Shown: piece after piece, positions 37,463-43,740 of the stretch
Numbering within the stretch: the first letter of the stretch is position 1
Layout of the letters: each line of letters begins with the position of its first letter
DNA from: a virus
Taxonomy: Duplodnaviria; Caudoviricetes
DNA: 43,740 bases
Virus record (IMG/VR): IMGVR_UViG_3300020045_005328
Span: 1-43,740 of that record
Reading direction: 5' to 3' (one strand)
Notes under the pieces: generated by a model
The model's database searches: none
Told to the model about the DNA's origin: nothing
Seen by the model: only the letters and a program-made list of their open reading frames with translations
Translations under genes and position numbers: made by a program

Positions 37463-38257
37463 ATGACGATAGATTGGAAAAGAGTTGCCGGGACGATGCG
37501 GGCGGAGTTGGATCGGGCCGCATTGAACGAGCGTCCCCGCATGGTGTTGGCGGTGCTGATCAAGGCCACGCTGATGCGGCAGCGGACGGCGGTGGTGTTG
37601 CCGGATCGGGAGGCGCTGTGCGGGTTGCTGGGGATCGCCAAGCAGCACATGCGCGGCGTGTGGCGGGAGATCGAGGACGCGCGCATTGCGACGTTCCGGG
37701 CGGTGGGAGACGGTTGGGAGTGTGTGATGAACGCCGATTCAAGCCAGTGGGCTTGCGAATGGGTGTTTTCGCGTGAACAGATGTCCACGTTTCTGGACTT
37801 CCTGGATCGCGCCCCGGGGCAGTCGCAGGGCAGCTTGCTCGCGCCTGAACCCAACATCACGCGTACTCGCGGCGAACTGGCTGCGGAAAATCTGAGTAAC
37901 CAAAATGGTTACTCAAATCCGCCGCCAGTAACCAAGTTGGTTACTCAGCCTGCCCGCCAAGCTCAACCGTTCGGGAAGTCCACGCCTATTAATGCTTTAA
38001 AGGTTCAAGGTTCTAAGCCTTATACAAGGCTTTCAAACCTTGAACCTTTAACGGAGCCCGGATTGATGCAGCGATGTGAGCAACTGTTTGGAAAGTCCAT
38101 CATGGTGACTTACGGGGCAAACTGGCGGCTGCGTGCGCGTGAGAATCCCGGCAAACTGGATCGGGTGTTGAATGATACGGTGTGCGCGATGAAGGAAGGG
38201 CGCATCAAGACCATTCCGGCGGCGTATGCAAATGACACATGGGGGAGATTCAAATGA
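37463..38257 (+). CDS. Putative replication initiator (lambda-O-like layout)
   Basis: N-terminal wHTH-like region, central linker with DNA palindromes and an AT-rich hairpin, small C-terminal domain (GRIKTIPAAY); position before the terminase genes. Confidence 0.5.
   Translation: MTIDWKRVAGTMRAELDRAALNERPRMVLAVLIKATLMRQRTAVVLPDREALCGLLGIAKQHMRGVWREIEDARIATFRAVGDGWECVMNADSSQWACEWVFSREQMSTFLDFLDRAPGQSQGSLLAPEPNITRTRGELAAENLSNQNGYSNPPPVTKLVTQPARQAQPFGKSTPINALKVQGSKPYTRLSNLEPLTEPGLMQRCEQLFGKSIMVTYGANWRLRARENPGKLDRVLNDTVCAMKEGRIKTIPAAYANDTWGRFK
37893..38051. repeat. Candidate replication origin: two related palindromes plus an AT-rich long inverted repeat
   Basis: TGAGTAACCA-aaa-TGGTTACTCA (37893..37915); AGTAACCAA-g-TTGGTTACT (37927..37945); TTAAAGGTTCAAGGTT...AACCTTGAACCTTTAA (37997..38051). 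Confidence 0.55.
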
Positions 38258-38439
38258 AGAAATTCGAGATATGCGTCAAGCAACTGGCGTGCGACTTGGG
38301 GCGGCATGTGAACTACGTTTATGCCATGAAATCGAAGGGGTTCGATGGTAAGAGTGTGCCGGCGGCATTGGAGTGGGTCAGGAACAACGGGTTTGTGATT
38401 GTGCGAGGCAAGGCGCAATTGAGGGGCAAACATGACTAA
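38254..38439 (+). CDS. Small HTH-like protein
   Basis: VKQLACDLGRHVNYVYAMK helix-turn-helix pattern; ATGA overlap. Confidence 0.5.
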   Translation: MKKFEICVKQLACDLGRHVNYVYAMKSKGFDGKSVPAALEWVRNNGFVIVRGKAQLRGKHD

Positions 38440-38884
38440 AAAGCAACGGCAGAGAAAAAAAAGGGCGGCGTTGGTCAAGGCTGGGCTTGCGGGTCGGCGC
38501 GGCGCGCGGAAAAGCGTGACGATGGCCGTTGTGGAGCGGGTTGGCATCCGCATTTCCAAGGGATTACCGCTGGATTATGCGCTTGCATTGGAGGATCAGG
38601 ACATCAGCGTGGATGCCTTCCATAAGGCCTTGGCTAGAGAACCCAAATTGTCCACCCACCTGAACCGTTTCAAGGCAAAATTCATCGAGGAAAGCGTCAT
38701 TCGTCTCTCAGAGGGCGAGATGGCGGACCTGAAATGGCTGCTGGTGCGGCGGCATCCGGACATTTTTGCGATGCCGAGCGAGAAGGCGGAAGCGCCGAAC
38801 GCGGACAAGGTGGCGGACGGGTTGCAGGATTTGCTGAACCGTAGCAGTGAACTGGCGCGGTTGAAAGCGGGGCTTGGATCGTGA
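38432..38884 (+). CDS. Terminase small subunit (putative)
   Basis: 150 aa directly upstream of and overlapping terL; KWLLVRRHPD motif. Confidence 0.6.
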   Translation: MTKKQRQRKKRAALVKAGLAGRRGARKSVTMAVVERVGIRISKGLPLDYALALEDQDISVDAFHKALAREPKLSTHLNRFKAKFIEESVIRLSEGEMADLKWLLVRRHPDIFAMPSEKAEAPNADKVADGLQDLLNRSSELARLKAGLGS

Positions 38885-40380
38885 AGGACATCGAGGCCAC
38901 GGCGGAATATCTGGCAACACCGAGCCATTACGCGAAGGCGTATCTCGGATTCAGCCTGCATCCCAAGCAGGCGCAGGTGTTGGACGACCTGTTTTGCAAA
39001 CCCAAGCAACGCGTGGCTTTTTTGTGCGGTAATGAGGTGGGCAAGACATCGCGCGTGGCGGTGTCGGCCATCCTTTTTGCGTTGCACCAGTTGAAATCGC
39101 GGGTGCAGATGACAAGCGGCTCGGATCGCCAGTTGAAGGAGCAGTTGATCCCGAACCTTAAGCGTGTGGCGCATCGTTACCGGCAGTTCGGATGGGAGTT
39201 TCTGGATCGGTCCATAAAAATAAACGGGATCAACCAGTTCCTCGCGTATGCGGCGCGGGACGAGGGCACGTTTCAGGGTTTCCACGAGGAAAGCGAAAAC
39301 GAGTCGAAAATAGGGCAACTCATCATCGTGGACGAGGCGGCGGCGGTGCGGGACGAGATCATAGGCGCGGCGGAGGATCGGTGCAATCCGACATGGCTGC
39401 TCATCATGGGCAGTCCGCTCGACCCCACCGGCAAGTTTTACAGCATGACGCGGGAGTTGAGCGCGTTCTACTCATGCCATCGGTTGAGCAAGCTGGATTG
39501 CACCACGGACAAGGTATGGAAAGGCGGCAAGGGCTGGCTGGATGCGGACGATGTGGCGCGTACGATCGCCAAGAACTGCGGTATACCGATGGATGTGGCG
39601 TTGACCATCGTGCGCACGGGCGAGCATCACGGGCAGATCAAAGACCCGCTGACCCTTTCCAGCGTGTTTGCGGAGTTTGCCAGCTTTGTCGAGAACGCGC
39701 TGTTGACCCTGACGGAATATCAGAAGGCGGAGGACAATCCGCCGAACTTCGATCCGAGCCAGGACAAGCACATTTTCTGCGACTTTGCCGGCGGTCGGGC
39801 CAAGAACGTGTGTGCGGTGCGGGTGGGCAATCGCGTCTGGATAGAAAAGAAGTGGGTTGAACCGAACGAGATGACGGCGGTGGGCGAGTTCATCCACCTG
39901 TTTAAACGATTGCAGCAGGAACACGGGTTTGTGGGCGAGGAAATCAGCGGGGACGGTGACGGGCTTGGCGGGCCGATGGTGCGGCGGATTCAAGAGATGG
40001 GTTGGGCGATCAACGACTTTCATGGGGGCAGCGCGGCGCGGTTCAACGAGCGGTATCAGGACGCATGGACCGAGGCGTGGTGCGAAGGCGCGAACCGGAT
40101 CAAGCAATGCAACATCATTCTGCCAAAGGATCAAGAGTTCCGGGGGCAGGCCCTGGCGCGCAAGACCAAGTTCATCAGCAGCGGCAAGCTGAAACTCGAG
40201 ACGAAGGAGGACATGCGCCGGCGCAACATCCAGAGTCCCGACGAGGCGGACGCGATCTTCTGCGCGATGATGCCTGCACCGCTGGCGCGGAGCATCCAGT
40301 TTGGGCAGAGCAAAAGCGCGAACTGGCGGGAGATGATGGAGGAAGTGAACACAGGCGCAACGCCGACGTTCTTTCAATAA
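38881..40380 (+). CDS. terL: Terminase large subunit
   Basis: LHPKQAQ, Walker A GNEVGKT, Walker B LIIVDEAA, MGSP, nuclease motifs CDFAGG, DGDGLGG and SPDEADA. Confidence 0.92.
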   Translation: MKDIEATAEYLATPSHYAKAYLGFSLHPKQAQVLDDLFCKPKQRVAFLCGNEVGKTSRVAVSAILFALHQLKSRVQMTSGSDRQLKEQLIPNLKRVAHRYRQFGWEFLDRSIKINGINQFLAYAARDEGTFQGFHEESENESKIGQLIIVDEAAAVRDEIIGAAEDRCNPTWLLIMGSPLDPTGKFYSMTRELSAFYSCHRLSKLDCTTDKVWKGGKGWLDADDVARTIAKNCGIPMDVALTIVRTGEHHGQIKDPLTLSSVFAEFASFVENALLTLTEYQKAEDNPPNFDPSQDKHIFCDFAGGRAKNVCAVRVGNRVWIEKKWVEPNEMTAVGEFIHLFKRLQQEHGFVGEEISGDGDGLGGPMVRRIQEMGWAINDFHGGSAARFNERYQDAWTEAWCEGANRIKQCNIILPKDQEFRGQALARKTKFISSGKLKLETKEDMRRRNIQSPDEADAIFCAMMPAPLARSIQFGQSKSANWREMMEEVNTGATPTFFQ

Positions 40381-40386
40381 ACAAGT

Positions 40387-40617
40387 ATGAAAATAGAACT
40401 ATTGCAAATGGGATTTGATAAGGCATTTGAACGGATGAAAACAGACCCCGCTTTTCGTGAGAAATACAGATCAAAAACAGATACATGGTGGGCGTGGCAT
40501 CCGGTGCAGTGTGGGGCACTTGGAACAGGGTCGTGGGTTTGGCTGCGTCGAGTCTGGCGGAACTCAGAGGTCAGCGAGCCGGGCGGCCCTGCGCGTCCGA
40601 ACTCGCGGCAGACGTAG
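40387..40617 (+). CDS. Trp-rich small phage gene interrupted by cassette insertion at 40562/40563
   Basis: WWAWHPV...WVWLRRVWRN then continues into attC sequence; the apparent original 3' end (KCMGVTIYQKL*) is at 244..279. Confidence 0.65.
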   Translation: MKIELLQMGFDKAFERMKTDPAFREKYRSKTDTWWAWHPVQCGALGTGSWVWLRRVWRNSEVSEPGGPARPNSRQT

Positions 40618-40650
40618 CCCGCCCGGATTCGCTGCACCGATTTGTTCGAG
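40557..40650 (-). other. Solo attC site (94 bp), same polarity as the array sites
   Basis: GCGGAAC-TCAGA-GGTCAGCGAGCCGGGCGG ... CCGCCCGGAtTCGCTGcACC-GATTT-GTTCGAG; same extra T and C on the right arm. Confidence 0.82.
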
Positions 40651-40692
40651 CGTCCGGTTACAAAATCTCGATGAAAAAAGAACGAAAAACAT

Positions 40693-40721
40693 TTGACAAG
40701 GTAGCTACCTTGTGCGAAACT
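40693..40721 (+). promoter_or_regulatory. Cassette-internal promoter with a perfect 18-bp palindromic operator
   Basis: TTGACA(40693)-N17-GAAACT; ACAAGGTAGCTACCTTGT (40696..40713) is its own reverse complement. Confidence 0.65.
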
Positions 40722-40770
40722 GCTCCCGTGATCGAGATGAACTCGACCACGAAACAAAATAGACGAAACT

Positions 40771-41049
40771 ATGAAAACGAAACTGACCATCAACCACAAC
40801 GGATTCCACGGCTACACATCCTGCTCGCTCGTCGTGGACGGAAACCCCGGAGACCGCGTGCAACTCTCGGAATCTCAAGTCAAAAAGCTCAAGCGCAAGG
40901 CTTGCGGATGCAGCGACTGCAAATGCGGGGAATCACTGCACGCGGCCTGCGAAATCCCCGAACCGTGGATCAACGACAGCCCGGTGTATCTGACCATCCC
41001 GGAAACCGGGACGGAAATCGAAGTGCGCGGGAACTATCCTCAGCGGTGA
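40771..41049 (+). CDS. Solo-cassette gene 1, small Cys-motif protein
   Basis: 92 aa; HNGFH and ACGCSDCKCG motifs; its stop overlaps the GTG of the RHH-like gene. Confidence 0.65.
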   Translation: MKTKLTINHNGFHGYTSCSLVVDGNPGDRVQLSESQVKKLKRKACGCSDCKCGESLHAACEIPEPWINDSPVYLTIPETGTEIEVRGNYPQR

Positions 41050-41135
41050 GACGCGAAAGCCTAAAACTTCAAGAAAGCGACAGGCGGCGGATGGTGCTAC
41101 GCATCGCTCGCGGAGAAGCGCAAACATTGGGGTAA
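41046..41135 (+). pseudogene. Deleted and truncated copy of the RHH-like gene 70..279
   Basis: Lacks 60 bp between the CTGGCGGCGG direct repeats (105..114 / 165..174); homology ends at 41117 (equivalent to 201). Confidence 0.7.
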
Positions 41136-41144
41136 TGCGAACTG

Positions 41145-41528
41145 GTGAAAAACCTGTCATCCGTCTCGGTTTCAACCGTGGGCAAGGTCAGGATCATCGG
41201 GGCAACCACCCTCGGCGGGTTGAAGCATTGCAAGGAAAACAGCAGCCTCACCAATGCTGCGATGGAGAACCTGGTGGAGAACTTTTCGCCGCTGGATTGC
41301 AGTGACGCCTCGCTTCTGTTGAAACATTACATGGTCGGTTTTTTCAAACCCGGAATGCTTCTGATCGTGAACGACGGTGCTAAAAACCGGCTTATCGAAA
41401 TCAAAACGGTGGATGCCGTGGACGAAAAGTCCAAGGAGGAAATACTGTTGTTGAAGCACGAGATCACTCAGCAAAACAGGAAGATTGAGCAGTTAAGAAA
41501 ACGCCTGTCAGATTTGACCCAAGATTAA
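41145..41528 (+). CDS. Hypothetical protein with C-terminal coiled coil
   Basis: 127-aa ORF; start uncertain. Confidence 0.4.
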   Translation: MKNLSSVSVSTVGKVRIIGATTLGGLKHCKENSSLTNAAMENLVENFSPLDCSDASLLLKHYMVGFFKPGMLLIVNDGAKNRLIEIKTVDAVDEKSKEEILLLKHEITQQNRKIEQLRKRLSDLTQD

Positions 41529-41575
41529 CTTTATGACCCCGACTCAACATTGCGAGATGTGTCAGCATAGGATTT

Positions 41576-42277
41576 TCATATCAGGGATCGGACTTCAATG
41601 GTTTCTTGGAGTTGTTTGGATTCTGGTTTGCCGTTGGTGCGTGTTGAAAAGTTACCGGCGTTCCGTTTCCAGTTGGACAATGCCGATGTCCACGATTTCA
41701 TCGGATTCTTACCGACCCGCCATCCGTTGCTTTCGTAGAAGTCGAAGAACTTTTCAGCCTCGAAGTCAGTCAACCCGATCTTGGCCGCTTGAAGCAAGAC
41801 AGCTTCGATGGACGGCTTTTGCGTGCGCGGGAGCGGAGCGACATTCGTACACGAGGGCGAGGGCGAGGGCGAGGGCGAGGGCGAGGGCGAGGGCGAGGGC
41901 GAGGGCGAGGGAGCCGAACACTTGCTAACATTTGCTAACATTTGTTTGCAAGAACCATCCTCAAATGAGGGGAACTTACTTTGACTACGGGCTTTCTCTT
42001 GCCAACGGGACAACTGCAAATATCGCTTCCCGTCTTTTTCGTAGAAAACGGCGAGATCATTTGAAATCATTTGTTCGCAGAGTGAAATCATTTGTTCGCA
42101 AGTGATTTCAGGGTTGAATGGAAATGCCAGCGATTTCAACAGCATGGGGTGAGCTTCAAACCGCCCGTAGTCGTCAACAAGCGTGATGATCCGAACGTAA
42201 AGGGACTGGGCTTGCCATGAGACTGCGTTGAATCGCGTGCTTGTCGTCAGTCCAGGCCTGAGAAATCTTTGTGGCAT
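41576..42277 (-). CDS. Phage replication initiator / replisome organiser-like protein
   Basis: R-x-LRPG...AQSLYVRIITLVDDYGRF N-terminal domain, (SP)n linker, C-terminal AEKFFDFYESNGWRVGKNPMKSW domain. Confidence 0.7.
   Translation of the reverse strand: MPQRFLRPGLTTSTRFNAVSWQAQSLYVRIITLVDDYGRFEAHPMLLKSLAFPFNPEITCEQMISLCEQMISNDLAVFYEKDGKRYLQLSRWQEKARSQSKFPSFEDGSCKQMLANVSKCSAPSPSPSPSPSPSPSPSPSPSCTNVAPLPRTQKPSIEAVLLQAAKIGLTDFEAEKFFDFYESNGWRVGKNPMKSWTSALSNWKRNAGNFSTRTNGKPESKQLQETIEVRSLI
41853..41911. repeat. Perfect hexamer microsatellite (GAGGGC)x9 plus a partial unit, encoding a Ser-Pro linker
   Basis: Seen directly. Confidence 0.9.
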
Positions 42278-42816
42278 TATTCAGTTTCCTCCTCAAGACA
42301 CTTGCGCTTGATGCCGTGGACATATTTCAAAATATCAACTTCCCTGCGACCTGATAGTTTTGCATTGGCGATTTGAAGCCAAGAGAACAATGCATCGCTT
42401 CCGAATCTTTTACAGATCGAAACATAATGGTTGAGCGAGGTTTTCTGTAAAGATTCAACACCAAAGATTTCGCAGTAAAAATTACAAATCTCCTGCCGCA
42501 GTTCCAAAGACTTCCTCGCTGACTCCACGGCTTTTTTGTGAATATCGTTTTGCTCTTGAAACTCCTGAGCGAGACTTAACCTGTGAGATTCAATCTCGAC
42601 CTGATTTGGAATTTGTTTCGCAGCCTTACCTTGATTGCAAGTCTCACACGAAGTAATTAAATTTGTTTCATCATTCGTTCCACCCTTTGAAACCGGATCA
42701 ATGTGATCTATCACAAGCTTCACCTCGTCACTTTGTCTGCCGCAGTATTTGCAAGTGAATCCATCCCTTGAGAACACCGAAAACCGAACCCTTTTTGATA
42801 TGCTTTGGCGTTTCAT
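42277..42816 (-). CDS. HNH endonuclease domain protein
   Basis: RFSVFSRDGFTCKYCG...IDHIDPVSKGGTNDETNLITSCETCNQGK. Confidence 0.88.
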   Translation of the reverse strand: MKRQSISKRVRFSVFSRDGFTCKYCGRQSDEVKLVIDHIDPVSKGGTNDETNLITSCETCNQGKAAKQIPNQVEIESHRLSLAQEFQEQNDIHKKAVESARKSLELRQEICNFYCEIFGVESLQKTSLNHYVSICKRFGSDALFSWLQIANAKLSGRREVDILKYVHGIKRKCLEEETE

Positions 42817-43156
42817 TCAATCCCCCCAAACACCCAATGCATCACCCGACGTTGGAAGCGGCTCATGCCACGGCACTGAGGAAGCGCCGCGTCTTACCGT
42901 TTGCGCCGGGTGACGCAGTGGATTTTTGTTGATGTTATGTTGCATGATCTTCTGACGGGCTTCCGACCCGGCTCTTGCGAGCGGTTGAACTAAATCACTT
43001 TTTCTCCGGCGTGTCACCAAGAATCTTCTGACACAGATAAAAGCCCCATGCGATGATGATGGGACGCACCCACCAAGACGATGCCTTCGGCGCAGTCCAG
43101 ACACTCAGCCAGAAGATCAAAGCAACGGCAAAATATCTCATTTTGTGAATAGTCAG

Positions 43157-43564
43157 TAACCCTGTGAATAAGCCAACCGATGCCGCGCCGCGCGCATTGC
43201 CCGCAGATCGCTCGCCGCGAGCCGGGCGGCCGCGATCAACAGCGCCAGCCGGAACTGTTCCTTGGGCTTGGCACATGAGTGTTGGGACAGCCAGACATCC
43301 GCCTGGGCGTCCAGCCGTTCCGGTTCGGTCGCGCAGGACTCCGCCAGGAGTTTGCGCCGTTCTGATCTGTTCATGTTGTTTTGCCCTTTGGCGACAACGC
43401 CGCCAAGCGCCGTTCCAATTCGTCCAAGCTTGAGCCCACGGACGACTTTTCTCCGCAACGAAGTTCCCAGTTCATTGAACGCCCGCCCCCGTTCGGGACG
43501 CGCGCCTTCTCCCGGCGCACCCCAGCCGTAATCTGCCGCCGTTTCAATTCCCGACCTCCGGTCC
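43157..43564 (-). repeat. Diverged inverted copy of 36828..37235
   Basis: Collinear 408-bp match with scattered substitutions; includes a homologue (43153..43374) of ORF 37018..37245. Confidence 0.85.
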
Positions 43565-43738
43565 AAGCTGCGTCAAAAACGCTTCCATCTTCAATTCTGG
43601 TGAACCCACCGGACACCGCTCCGCCACGAATCTTGAAAATCGCACGAGCCAGCCGATATAACTCTGCTCCGTAGCGAGCGATAAATGCCTGAGCCGTATC
43701 GTGTCCCGCATCTTTTCAATGGCGATTTCCAGTTTCAT
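43544..43738 (-). pseudogene. intI: 5' fragment of a second, diverged intI
   Basis: First 58 codons match 33513..33686 (43683..43740 identical to 33511..33568, then diverged), fused in frame to GPEVGN* of the 36678..36848 homologue; no catalytic domain. Confidence 0.85.
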
Positions 43739-43740
43739 AT

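Noticed and set aside
41533-41928. Plus-strand ORF with an (RA)n tract
   Set aside because: Shadow of the (GAGGGC)n repeat that encodes the SP linker of the minus-strand initiator gene.
33511-43740. Invertible segment bounded by inverted intI repeats
   Set aside because: The copies are identical for only 58 bp and then diverge, the second is truncated at the window end, and no invertase is present. A related element or assembly join is simpler, though not proven.

Overview
Positions 1..40976 look like a complete, circularly permuted ~41-kb podovirus-like tailed phage genome, because 1..105 recurs exactly at 40977..41081. The host is probably a Verrucomicrobiota bacterium (inference). Gene order: portal, scaffold, major capsid, GH27/FN3/lysis-like genes, tail and injection proteins, a 3026-aa polyvalent protein, a leftward HNH/RusA block, a divergent promoter, a rightward early region, replication gene, terminase. 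The main discovery is a phage-encoded integron in the early region: an IntI-type tyrosine recombinase (33513..34469), an attI-like site beside it (~33475..33512), and 6 attC-like sites (5 clear, 1 ambiguous) plus degenerate distal remnants (29757..33357). The attC sites lie on the minus strand in canonical geometry relative to intI. However, the cassette ORFs are phage-type genes (two DNA methyltransferases, Lar-like, ABA-sandwich-like) and all run antisense to that geometry. Their start codons sit inside the attC loops, and several take their stop codon and translational coupling from the neighbouring attC arm. A further solo cassette (promoter, palindromic operator, two genes) has inserted between terL and the portal, splitting a small phage gene whose uninterrupted form can be reconstructed. 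Positions 41082..43740 are a diverged, largely inverted segment (truncated intI, HNH, alternative replication initiator), probably from a related element joined during assembly. All calls come from reading the sequence and ORF track by eye; no database searches were run.
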